NCBI GenBank assembly: GCA_051362555.1
Contig: CM120645.1
Span: 12,152,001 to 12,216,000, forward strand
Reading direction: 5' to 3'
Source of the DNA: Lingula anatina
Taxonomy: Eukaryota; Animalia; Brachiopoda
DNA: 64,000 nt
The translations under genes and the position numbers were made by a program. Every line of letters begins with the position of its first letter. The stretch's first letter is position 1. Positions 25,952 through 38,113 of the stretch are shown here, piece by piece. The notes under the pieces were generated by a model. That model saw only the letters and a program-made list of their open reading frames with translations. It did no database searches and had not been told where the DNA came from.

Positions 25952-28513
25952 ACCCCATTTATACAATGCAGGACCCGTCTTCTCAGATATTGTAATGGGT
26001 AATGTTATTTGTATGGAGGTTGTACAGCAGATCGTTGACAATATGTTTGCATGGAATGGCAGGGATGGTAATCATATGCCATGACAGGTCCTCAGCAGGT
26101 CCTCAGCAGCATTATCTTTTAGATGGTGTTTTTTCGGTGAAAGTCATCATCGTGAGGATGCATTTTAATAGAGTTTTATATTTCTTCATGAGTTTTGATC
26201 TGTCATCAGACGTGAATCTGCTTGTTGCTGTTTCTGTACATTTGTGTAACAACTGCTGCAAAGAATGCAAACAGAGAAGCAAGAATCAGAAGAACAAGAC
26301 CAGTATGCAAGTATTATTACGAGAACAAAGCTGTTTTTAATGCCTTATTATGATATTAATATCTGTCATCAATGTTTTCGTTTTTAATATATCATGATTC
26401 TCAATCACCAGTAAGAGTGTTGGTTTTGAAACAGAGTGGTCACTGAATTTCTGGTACCATCTTGTTACCTGTGAATCATAAGAAGTCTATGATTCTGTAG
26501 GGCACTTATGGTTCTCTTAGTCCCTGACAGTAAAACCAGTGCACCTGTCTGAAAAATTGTATGATATTTTATATAAGCATTAATGCCAATACTACCCCAG
26601 ATGTGGTAATACATTTATTGATAAAAAAAGGTGTAGAATTGTATATGTTGGTGTCTGTGGGTGTATTCCAGACGGTTTGTTTCTCTCTTCTTGTTCATTT
26701 GTTGTGATGCTTGGCTTTTATCCTACAGTGTGTGTATACATGTACGGAATATATATTTTTTTTCATGTATCATGACGTAACCATTAATGCATATGTCTTT
26801 AGACTATTTTACATTAATTATGAACTTAAGCAAGATTGCATATATGATACTAATTAGCTTGCCATACTTTTGTCAATTATTAATTCTTCACCAGTGTCAA
26901 AACCGTGCGGGCAGCTAAATGTATTTTATGACACATGGAGTCGTCAGAATAACCATTTTGTGTCTTGGCGTGTACGTATTAGCTATTGTTGTAATTTGTC
27001 TCATTACCAGAAATAGTGCATTTGTGATTATATAAAGGGCAGTTGTATTCGCATAAAAAATGGCTCTATGGAATTGTGATTAGTCAGTATGTCAGCTTTT
27101 ACACATTAGGTGGCTTACTAGCAACAGCATATTTACAATCGCTTGCCATTGTTTTATCCTTTTGAGCACAAAGTATATATTTTTATATGTAATTAGTGAT
27201 TTGGTAGCGATTGTATAACGAATGGCCAAATACATGTGCGCGCCATGCATTCAGCATTTTTATTAAACTATGTCTTTGGTGCCCTCTTTTGAGTATTTTG
27301 CAATTTGTTCCAGTATATCGATGTGTGTTTAGGTTTCAGACTTAAAGCTGTGAGAAATTACTCCTTTGCCAGATTAAGCATAGCGACGAAGTTGGCCGGA
27401 CAAGCTTAATATTTTTTCTTGATAAGCGCCCTTTTTTCTTAGAACGCGCGATTTGCTTACCCTGAGAGGATTTTATTGTCAAACCTACGATGTCATTTTA
27501 AATAAATTTGTATTTTCTGTTACTTTTCAGTGTTTGGAGTTATTTTTAAAGTCGAACGTCTCAAGTTGTGACTATTGTCAGTAAACGGGTTGAACATCAT
27601 CGTTTTCTGAACGGGTTGAGTGATATTGGAGAAAATAACAGTATTGAGGGATGTATTTTGGTATCATGTGTGTTGTTTTCCTTTGAATTAATATATCTGG
27701 ACACGGAACTAGAAAATTAGGCAGAGATCAACGTAAGACTTCACATTAAAAAAACAGAGGGATATAGAATAACTTTCAAGTAAATAAACTATATCAAGTG
27801 AAATACAAGCATACAAAGATCGCAGATTTTGTTGAAAATATTCGTTTATTATTATTTTTATTATTTTTATTTATTTATTTTTATTTATTAGTTTTTTTAT
27901 GTAAAATTACTTTACAATGTTTGGTCTGTAGTATTTGCACAATTAAGCGAGGAATTATTGAAATGTTCTTGGAATAAAAATGCATTTCTGACTCGATTTT
28001 AAAGTTTATCGTCACTACATATATTTATCTATAAACAAAACACCACATTTACACTATATTTATGCATGGAGGCTAAAGACCCCATATAAGACTTCACTGC
28101 TGTTGCTTTCAAAGCTGGGACCTTGTGCGAAAGTTGACCACTGGGCCCAGCTGAGGTCAAAGGGGGTTAAGCCACTGGTCACAGGAACTACCAAAAATAA
28201 CCGACCCATATGTCCTTATTGCTCGTTACACGGGATCTTAAACAGAAATTTTATGCGCCGAGAAAACTTGTCGATTACACTGCACTCAGCACATTCATGT
28301 AATTGGGAACCTCAAAAAATCATCATCTAATTTTGTTTCGTTTCTTACATCCGCGATCACTATTCGAAGAAATCGCGGCCACAGTAGATGGACTCCCATG
28401 TACTTTCTACTGAAATGCCGTTTCTAGCGGCTCATAAACAGCATAGAATTTTGTGGCCTAAGTACGTCTTTGTCAAGGAGTGTTGCCGCATCACGATCTT
28501 CTTTGTCTTCAAG

Positions 28514-28572
28514 TATAAAAATCTGCCGGGCGCCAGCACTCCCCGACATTGTCCTGTTGACGCCTTTGAAAG
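28514..28572 (+). promoter_or_regulatory. TATA box and short non-coding first exon of secreted peptide gene A
   Basis: TATAAAA at 28514-28520 and donor AAG|GTAAGT at 28572/28573. The same layout is seen at copies B and C. Confidence 0.6.
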
Positions 28573-28580
28573 GTAAGTCT

Positions 28581-28656
28581 CGTACTTCGCCAGTTATCCT
28601 CGTCTAAGTATCGTACTGCGCCAGTTATAGCCGTCTAAGTATTATACTGCGCCAGT
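28581..28656. repeat. ~31-bp minisatellite, about 2.5 copies, at the start of intron 1 of gene A
   Basis: TACTGCGCCAGTTAT..CGTCTAAGTAT repeated. Confidence 0.7.
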
Positions 28657-29370
28657 CGTTGTTTTCATGCACTGGGTTCTGATTTTGTTTCCTTCAAGCT
28701 GTTTTAATTGAAATCAATACTAGAAAGTCCAAATTAAAACTGAAAGGGGTCAGCGCTGATTCCATGTAAGGCGATGGACACTGCTTTTCCGCTATTCCAT
28801 CGTAGGTTATTAATGTTGGCTCATGTCCGTTAAAATTACTGTTACGTGTATAAACGTGGACGAAACACTTATCGGGTTTGGTTCGGACACGTGTTAAATC
28901 AAAGTAGAAGTGTCACCATCAGACCACAGATTTAATTAAAGGTAGATTAATTGACAAGGCAAGACGAGAGCTTTTAGAATTCCGGTTGTCTGAAATCTAT
29001 AGTTGTACTGTAGTTGTTACACCGCATCTCTGCCTGATTTTTTTCTGATGAACCAAGCTAAGGTATTGTGGAGAGAGAGAGAGAGAGAGAGCATTCACAA
29101 TGGTTCCAGTCTGAATCTAAGTTTTTTATTATTATTATTTTAATGTATTTAGACTTTGTTTTTTATTCTAGCCAATATTGCGGAAATAACAGAACTTATT
29201 ATATTAATGTTTTTCTAACACACTGTTAAGAGAATTGTCTAATTCATTAAATGCTGGCACTCCAACAGTTTCAACAAATCATAAGCGAAGCATTGGGCAT
29301 TAGGCTTAAAATGTTAGCAGCAAGGGCTAAAAAAATTGACATCTTGCTTTTCTTTTCCTTTCAGCAAATC

Positions 29371-30185
29371 ATGAAATTCCTGCTTGCTGCCCTTGTTCTC
29401 TGCGTGGCCGTTTCATGGGCCAACGCCAAAAGTGTGGATGCCCACGAGAGGATAAGTACGTTTGTTATTCGTTACCCACTCTAAACTTTCTGCAGTATCT
29501 ATTTTATTCATTTTATTATATTTCTATTTTAAAAAATGTTGTCTCTGTGTGTACTTCTGTATTGTGTGAAGGGCTCCCTTTCTCCTTTTTACTTCATTCA
29601 TTTACTTTATTCAATTTCTAATCGCAAGATCCTCTAGGGCCAATTGATTCTCCGCATATATGCATGTATGTGAAACGTTTTCTGTGACTTTTGACTAATT
29701 AATTTGGTAATTAAGTAATTGAGTAATTTATTTGGGAACTGAAGTATAATTAAAATAGATCTGAAGCAATTTTCTTATTGACTTTATTTAAGATGTTTTT
29801 TTTTTTCTTCTGAAAATTCTTCATATTGTATATTCACTGCCCTGGGGTGATTCCGCTTGATACCCAGTTACATTCAATTTCAGTGCGCACCCTGATGGAA
29901 GACGAAGAATTCAAGAGAGGCTTCACCGACACAGTTTGCAGTGGCCTGGAAACCGTCATCAACAGCTACGCCGCCGATATCCTCAGCGTCGGGTGCAGCG
30001 CTGGGCTCACTAAGGAGTTCCTCTGCGGGAAAGTGGCGTCCACCATCGGCGGTTGGTTCACCCTCGCCACCGAGTCAGCTTGCAACGTCCTGATGGGGCA
30101 GTCTTTCATGCAGGCAGCCATCGCGGCCCTTAAGCAGACGTGTGCCTCGGGAGCTGGCGCCCTTAACAATGTCGACATTTGTTAA
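29371..30185 (+). CDS. Secreted six-cysteine prepro-peptide, copy A (128 aa)
   Basis: Exons 29371-29455 and 29884-30185. Signal MKFLLAALVLCVAVSWANA, pro-region KSVDAHERIMRTLMEDEEFKR, mature GFTDTVC...NNVDIC (88 aa, Cys at 7, 26, 36, 55, 75, 88). Confidence 0.9.
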
Positions 30186-31638
30186 ATTTGTTGATTTTGG
30201 TAACATTCAAGTGCTGACATTGTTTTCTCTGAAACATTCCTGTTTTGAGATTTTGAATGGTTCTGAATGTTGCTACCGGTGCTAGAAAATTTTGTAATGC
30301 ACGTAGAAGATATTTCATATTTCTCTGGGATAAAGATCTTCTACTTGTGTACAGATACATGTACACCAAATTAAATATCTTAACACATATAAAAGTTGTT
30401 TTGTTATGTTATATAAGATTTTAGCATGATGAATATAACGATGTAACGTGCAATATGCATGAAATTCGAAATGATTAGTTATATACCAGCATATATTTGC
30501 ACATTAATCTGAAGACCTGGTATTTTCAAAAGTAAAAGAAAAGTCACACAGGTTAATAAGAGGCTTATTCATCAATCTAACAACAAAACCCCTCGTCTCG
30601 CGTGTGGTACACATATTTTACTTCTACCACGTCAGAAAGATACTTATTCTATTAATTATTCACATATAGTTCTCTGGCTAAATTTGTGCACGCGTGCAAT
30701 GTTTCCAGCGATGATTTTCGTGCAGAATTTTGGAAAGGACGTCAGCAGCCAGCAGTTGCCTGGTAGAGACTATATTTACTGCATTTATACTGGATTTCCC
30801 AGGTCCCAATCCCTGGATTACGCGTGACTTCTTAAGTCTGATTACAGGGAGGGTTTGATATAAAGAGAGGTATTGTGATAATCCGCAATGGACATGATGG
30901 TTGACCATCCCTTTAACAGGTGTCTTCCACCCACAAGCTTGTTCACAAACTGACTAATTAAGTTGGATACTGGCAGATGTCACTAAATTACCAGGTTACA
31001 CTGGAAAAATCTTGGTCGGTTGTTCTACCTAAAAGAGTCACGGTCCAAATTAAGGTGATCCGGTTGTGAACATGTCTTATGGTGACAGCTCGGGTTTTAC
31101 CTACTTCGGCGCTAAGAGGGATCGCCGATTGCTATGCCACGTAGTGGTGAGATTGCAAACTAAGTCCGGTAATTAGAAGGTTGCGGACATGCGTGTCAAT
31201 TATAATATTGGTCCAAGTAATAAATGAAGTCAACCAGATGTACTTTTTACAGTATGAATAAAGTAACGACCTTTAAGAGATCCAACCATTTCCAAAAACT
31301 TCAAGCTAGCTTACTGGAGATATATATTTATCAAGTGCAAACTCATTTAGCCAGTTTCCACAACTGACCTGTTGGCTATTTTCCGACAATTCACCCGTAG
31401 TTATCTGTCGAGAAATATATTTCATTTTATTGCAAAATGTCCAAATGAACTTGCAAATGTTTTTAAAAATAAAGCACACTTCGATTAGAAAAAAATTAAA
31501 GGCCTTACACAAATACTATAAACCACGACACTTTTTGTATAAATAAAAGTTTATTAAAATGTAAACAATATAATCTAAAGTTTTCATATAGAATCTACCC
31601 GTAAAATTGCAAAATCAACAAAAAGCTCAACACATTGT

Positions 31639-32341
31639 TTAACAGATGTCGATGTTGCCGAGACTGGTGGCACCGGAGTGGCACTGGTTCTCCAGAGACT
31701 TGAGGGCGTTGGCGACGAAAGACTGGTCCAACAACACACCGCAGGCCAACTTGGCTGGGGTAGAGAACCAACCGCCGATGAAAGAGACCACCTTGTCGCA
31801 AAGGAAGTCCTTGCTGAGACCTGTGCTGCAGCCGGCGTTCAAGATGTCGGCACCGTAGTTGGAGAGAACACTTTCCAGAGCGTTGCACACGGTGTCGGTG
31901 ATGCCTCTCTTGAATTCCTCATCCTCCATCAGGGTGCGGACTGAAATAAGTTAAATGATAAAACGATGAATAAATGTCCAATGCACATATTATCAACTTG
32001 AAATTCTTTTATAGATTTCCATGTTGTTATCTTAAGGGTGAAATGTCTTTGGCAGAAGTTTGGCTTAAATTCAATACGACACACCGGTCATACTCCATTT
32101 TAAAGAGCGGTGTTTACCTACAAAGTAATGGAATCTTAATTTCCATTTTGATAGGTTATATCAAGATTTGTCGTATACCTTACGAAAACGAATTCAATAT
32201 TCCATTTTACGTTTAGTCAGTACAAGAAATGAAAATAATTAATATGGACAACTTACTCATTCTCTCGCGAGCGTCCAGAGCTTTGGCGTTGGCCATAGAC
32301 ATGACCACGCAGACAACAGCGGCAGCGATCAAGAATTTCAT
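31639..32341 (-). CDS. Secreted six-cysteine prepro-peptide, copy B (128 aa)
   Basis: Exons 32341-32257 and 31940-31639. MKFLIAAAVVCVVMSMANA-KALDARERMIRTLMEDEEFKR-GITDTVC...GNIDIC. Minus-strand AATAAA at 31550-31555. Confidence 0.9.
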
Positions 32342-32719
32342 GATGAACTGGAACCAAATATAAACATTTCAGATACTGCAACGCTCTTTCTTGTCGAAAT
32401 TTATTACCAAATTTAAAGAAGAAAAAGAGAAAAACATGCCACTCGGTCAAGTACGTAGAACAATAGAAAAGTTGCCAGTTGATAATAAATATATTGACAA
32501 ATATTAAAGTGCATTGCGGCGAGACCGAGCTGAATAGCTTGCTATTTTATGATAAAGGTCCAATCTTTCACAGCCATGTAGGCCTACTACTATATATCGA
32601 CAGCTAAAGCAACATATCTAAAAACGGAGCCTTTGACTGCAAGCACAGCGCGTTTCACAATTATCAGAGAATATCTTAAGCTTAAAACTGCCCCTCTTTG
32701 AGTAAATGAACACCCTTAC

Positions 32720-32783
32720 CTTGCGTTGGGACTCGATGCCAGATCAAGGTGATGATGAAGGCAATCTCGTGTCTGCTTTTATA
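32720..32783 (-). promoter_or_regulatory. TATA box and non-coding first exon of copy B
   Basis: TATAAAA on the minus strand at 32783-32777 and donor AAG|GTAAG at 32720/32719; homologous to the copy C region. Confidence 0.7.
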
Positions 32784-34254
32784 CAGGAACTGTTTCGTAG
32801 CCTCGTGTCAAACAATCACTCCTGAACACGCCGAGTTACGGCACATAAACCACCCTGGGTCCAGGATAAATGAATTTTACATAATAATGCGAAATGGCTC
32901 TACTAAGTTCAATAACAGGATCAATCCAGTTTGCTGTAAGTCGATAAGTATAGAATATGAATCAAACCAAAATTCTTCTTGGCAAATTTTTTTTTCAAAA
33001 GAAGATGAACGTTGTGACTGCTTAGCTATCGTAACATACCGGTACGCTGTGTAGAGTAATGGTTAAAATGCTAGCGCTGCTAAAAAGGGAACACAGAAAC
33101 ATGTTCTCTGAATATTCTTTTTTAAAAAACGTAACAAAATGCTACTGTATTCCAACAAACTCTCTCAAAACGGGGAGCGAAGTGTTTCTGATACGTCTTC
33201 ACTTCTACCAATATATTTGTCATCCTATGTATATTTATAAATGGATAAAATAGCAGATTGCCCACAGAATTTATTAAATTGTCATATATTTAAAGATAAT
33301 TCTGTTTAAGCTACTCAAAATAATACACCATAATTATAATATTATAATATATAATATATATGATAATAATAAGGGAATACACTAAACAACACACGGAATG
33401 TACTCACAAGGAGATAATTAAATGTAGGTAACCTTGCGTGGTCTTTCACAGCGCTTTATTAACTACCCCCCTGACATCAATTAATATTAGCATATGCACC
33501 ATTTACTTTGTTCGCCTTTACTAGGTATGTCTTTACTTTTTCTAAGAAAAAGGTCCCCGTGTCATTTTCAGTGCTATTACGTAAAATAATTGGGTCAACA
33601 CGAGGTACTGTTTAGGGTACGAGGACACCTGGTCAGCGGGAAATAAACCGCTTACTGACCAAGGTCAAAGGTGTTACTGTGCCTGTCACATGTGTTCTAT
33701 CACAGCTGTCTTGCGTTTCAGTTGCTATTTTATTTACTAACATGCAAAACAACTATATAATATGTTGGCATCACGAAGGCCAACAAACAGGGAAGTTGTC
33801 AAATTAACAATCGTCGGCATAAAAAAAAACAAACAGCAATTAGAAACATGTAAAGGTGCACATGTATACTGTGGAAGAATTAGATTAGATCCAAGATGCA
33901 GGTTCATAAACAGTACAGTATTGGAGCACAATGCTTAATGTTACAGGAATGAGTGAAACTGAGAATTTAAATAGTAGCTCATTTTATTATTAGTATTTAT
34001 TTTCCACGTTATTCAGCAGTAGCGAGATTATAATTTAAGCAGTTTACACTAGCAAATGTTTTAACACTTTGATCCCGAGAGAATACCAAGCCATAGGGCA
34101 CGATTATTACACGCTATTACTTAATTCTACCGTCTCTGAATAAGTCAAAATTATTATGTAAAATCCATTTATCCTGGGCCCAAAGTGGGTTTATGTGTCG
34201 TAACTCAACGTGTTCGGGAGTGATTGTTTGACACGATGCTCTGGTCAGGTCTGG

Positions 34255-34318
34255 TATAAAAGCAGCCAAGAGGCTGATTTAGGCATCACCTTGATCTTAC
34301 ATCGAGTCCCAACTCAAG
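34255..34318 (+). promoter_or_regulatory. TATA box and non-coding first exon of copy C
   Basis: TATAAAA at 34255-34261 and donor AAG|GTAAGT at 34318/34319. Confidence 0.7.
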
Positions 34319-34715
34319 GTAAGTGTGTCCATTCACTCAAAGAGTTTAAAAGTTTAAAGGTTTAAGGTTAAGGTATTCTCTAGTAATTGTGAACGCGCAG
34401 TGCTCGCAGCCAAAGGCCCTGTTTCTAGATATCTGCTTTAGCTGTCTTTTATTAGTACGTGGCTTTGAAAGATTGCATCTTTATCATAAAAAAGCAAGCT
34501 ATTCAGCTAGGTCTCGCCTCAGCTCACTTGAATATGTATCAATATATTTATTATCAACTGGCAATTTCTCTATTTTTTTAAGTGCTCGAACGAATGGCAT
34601 TTTTTCTTTTTTTTCTTCTTCTTCTTCTTCTTTAAATATGGTAATAATCCTAAATCCATTTGACAAGAAAGAGTGTTGCGATATCTAAAATGTTTATCTT
34701 TGGTTCCAGTTCATC

Positions 34716-35412
34716 ATGAAATTCTTGATCGTTGCCGCCGTTGTCTGCGTGGTCATGTCCATGGCCAACGCCAAAGCTCTGGACGCTCGCGAGAGAATGA
34801 GTAAGTCGTCCAAATAAGGATAGATATTTCTATCTATTGAACGGATTAATCGTACAATGAAATATTGAATTCCTTTCCGTAAGGTTTACGACAAATCGTG
34901 ATATAACCTATCAAAAATAAAAGTTAAGATACAATTACTTTGAAGGTGGACACCTCAATTTAAAATGGCGCGTGATAGGTGTGTGATATTTAATAAAGCC
35001 AAACTTCTGCCAAAGACATGTAACCCCAAAATTGAAATATGTTAAAAAAAATGAAGTTGTAATATGTGCACGAACACTTATTTATCGTTTTATCATTTAA
35101 CTTGTTTTAGTCCGCACCCTGATGGAGGATGAGGAATTCAAGAGAGGCATCACCGATACCGTGTGCAACGCTCTGGAAAGTGTTCTCTCCAACTACGGTG
35201 CCGACATCTTGAACGCCGGCTGCAGCACGGGTCTCAGCAAGGACTTCCTTTGCGACAAGGTGGTCTCTTTCATCGGTGGTTGGTTCTCTACCCCAGCCAA
35301 GTTGGCCTGCGGTGTGTTGTTGGACCAGTCTTTCGTCGCCAACGCCCTCAAGTCTCTGGAGAACCAGTGCCACTCCGGTGCCACCAGTCTCGGCAACATC
35401 AACATCTGTTAA
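34716..35412 (+). CDS. Secreted six-cysteine prepro-peptide, copy C (128 aa)
   Basis: Exons 34716-34800 and 35111-35412. Differs from copy B at two residues (A/V in the signal peptide, D/N near the C-terminus). Confidence 0.9.
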
Positions 35413-37037
35413 ACAACGTGTTGCGCATTTTGTTGACTTACGGGTAGATTCCCTGTGAATCATTTTGTTGAGATTGCAGTGTTCACAAAATATATTATAA
35501 ATATGTTATATAATATTTGTTCTGTTTTGCTGCTTATACTTTGTCGCCTGTTTATTTAACAAAATAATAATACAGCTCTTACTGCTATGCGCTACTGAAC
35601 ACTAAACCTTTGCAAAAGTTGTTTTAGCTAGCTTGAATACGTTTTCTATATAATTATCTATCGATATTTTGCGCAAATTAGTTTCACTTATTTCATTTTA
35701 TTTTATTATCGGTAAAATATAACAGTTCCAGTCCCCCTTGCCGAGAATCTTTAATTATCCACTGGAATTGCTTAAAACCCTTTACGTTGACAATTTGAGA
35801 TGGCGTCCATTTCAACCAAACTAAATCCACTTAAATAAACACTCTGAATACCTCTAAATGACATAACCACCTACCACGCGTACTGCTTTCTTCACAATCC
35901 CTTGATTTTCATTTGACGATTTGACGAGATAAACTCTAAAGACACGCAGTCCGAAATTCAAAAAGAATTGATCACGAAAAAATCCGTTTATTCGCGGTGA
36001 AAATGTAAATCTGGCCAGAGCTATTTTAACTTTTAAAACGTAACTTTCACAAAACGCCGTTCACCAATTTTTGTCCACCGTTCTTACCCGTTATCAAACT
36101 CCAACACAAACGGACCATATTAATAAAACAATTATATAAATAATTAACGTCAGAGACGAAACTCTTTGTTCATAATTGTTTCATTAATCAATCTAAATAA
36201 GCTTATTAACTTATTAGCTTTTTAAGTTAACTAAGTTTCTAATCTTTAGACCACGAATGGATACTACAAAAACGATTGTATCTGGAATATAAGCAGGCCT
36301 TTTCTTCCCAAAATAGATATTTCTTCGTTTTTAATAAGTAATCTTCGCATATGGGTTAAAGCTTTACACAAACTTGATAGAATATATGTATAATTGACAT
36401 TTTTGGTACCTTAATGGTCATTTAGCATAATTTGGTGACTTAATTACATGTAAGTTCACTATATGACCCTATAATACGAACGCGTGGCATAATATCAATA
36501 CTGTCGATTTGCTATCATTCCATGCCCATATCACACCCATTTTGTTCCCAATATCTGATAAAGCGTAGATAACAAATTCGCTAATTGCGCTATCTGGACA
36601 ATGCATCAGGCCATGGTACACTTACATAGTATAGCAGTGTTCCAACGATCTGCTGTGAGTGCCGCGACAGAACGAAATCTCTCACTTCCTGTTCCATAAA
36701 TGTCATTGTTACATAAGGTAAGTTTTAGTAATTTTTGGCAATGTAGCCGCTTATTCTCTTCTTGTCCAAACTGTCAATGTTGTCATTTGTGTCACCCATT
36801 ACTTGTCCGAATTAACCTTCATTTTTTAACTCAGATCATATCAGTGGCCTGAAAAATATCTTCTCTGGATGGCACGTTTCAAACTTGGCGTGATGGTCAG
36901 TTGTAAACCACATGGTAAACCCAGCCACCTTTTATAGGCAGTGGGACATCAGTAAAAACATTAATAATATAAATAAATATGTAAGGTGTATTTTAGATAT
37001 TAACTCTATACTTCTTCCTAGCAGGCGTATTTACCGT

Positions 37038-37266
37038 ATGCCTCAACTGCAATCTGAATCCAACCGTACTGTAGCCAAGATGACTACCCAGCCCAGAGTT
37101 TATACCAGCACTGATGTTACCGTTATAGGGCTGATTGCAGGAATGACCGGCCTGATCTTTGTCGTTGTCATGACAGTGTCTTTGTGTTACAGTAAGAATT
37201 CTCAACGGTGAGCGCTATTTAATTAGAGAGTAGAGAGTAGATGTTGTTTATATATATTTTAATCAC

Positions 37267-37297
<31 letters not shown>

Positions 37298-37580
37298 TTG
37301 TGATAATTATCTTCTTATAAATCTAAACTTGCATTAGAACCAAAGGGGTAAGGCAGAGGAGTTTCGGTCTCCTAGATATTTTTACCCTTTTTCTTTTTCA
37401 GAAGAGGCATGGTAAGAACAAACCGTAGGATAAAGCACGAAACAGAGGGCATCTACACGTATGACAATGGTGTGCCCCAAATGGCGGAGACAAGTTTCAT
37501 CGAAGTCAACGATAAAGTGGTATCACGGTTCTCTGCGGGAAGTTTTGACTGCTCTAGCATAGTATGGCTTTATATTTCAC

Positions 37581-37615
<35 letters not shown>

Positions 37616-38113
37616 TTATTACAACACGAATTATTATAGACGGAGAAGTTATTATCTTTATGCATAGCTATCCTGTAATGTGATTAATAAAACTTACAGA
37701 ATAATCCAAGAGGTCGAGGGCAATCTTTCAAGGCCCAAAGTTGATAAATTGTTTAACCAATCTCTTTTTGTCTTCAGTCTTCCGCGTCTGGAGAATATGC
37801 TGACCCCAATTGTCCCGGGAGTTGGATGTCACCTTCACATTTGAATCCCTCCCCGAGCAATATCGCGTTAAACTATGCAATGAACGTCGAGCAATTAAGG
37901 CCATCACCGTCGGCGCCACAAACGGAAGATGACGTCGCCTCGAAGAGGAACACCGTGGAGCTCGCCCTCGACCAGATCGAGGCTGACCTTCAACGTGACC
38001 TCCACGACCTTGATTATGCAATATATAAACCAGAGAGACTGAAACAGAGACTTGTGGAACGGGAAGAGCAGAATCGCCAGCACGCCGCGGCCAATAACCC
38101 AACGCTTTTCTGA
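37038..38113 (+). CDS. Single-pass membrane protein (207 aa) with a short ectodomain and Tyr-rich cytoplasmic tail (transmembrane-adaptor-like)
   Basis: Exons 37038-37207, 37402-37519, 37778-38113 (624 nt in frame). TM segment VTVIGLIAGMTGLIFVVVMTVSLCY followed by basic KNSQRRRG..RRIK. Likely 5' UTR exon ending at donor AAG|GTAAGT (36717). Confidence 0.7.

Larger units (their letters stand above)
31585..35460. repeat. Inverted duplication with ~1.3-kb arms (about 31585-32890 and 34150-35460) and a ~1.25-kb spacer, carrying copies B and C head-to-head
   Basis: Promoter, exon 1, both introns, coding exons and start of the 3' UTR align in reverse complement. Confidence 0.85.

Noticed and set aside
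25952-27510. ORFs 25902-26084 and 26002-26340 as extra coding exons
   Set aside because: They overlap or follow the in-frame stop at 25951 and most likely lie in the 3' UTR (AATAAA at 27501).
28581-28656. Regularly spaced ~31-bp repeats as a CRISPR-like array
   Set aside because: Head-to-tail minisatellite without unique spacers, in a eukaryotic intron, with no cas genes.
31595-31944. Overlapping alternative-frame and antisense ORFs over the peptide exons (also at 35107-35463)
   Set aside because: Shadows of GC-rich coding sequence; their duplication simply follows the B/C duplication.
33661-33675. AGGTCAAAGGTG nuclear-receptor DR1-like site (similar one near 28154)
   Set aside because: Imperfect, short and not positionally conserved among the three peptide genes.
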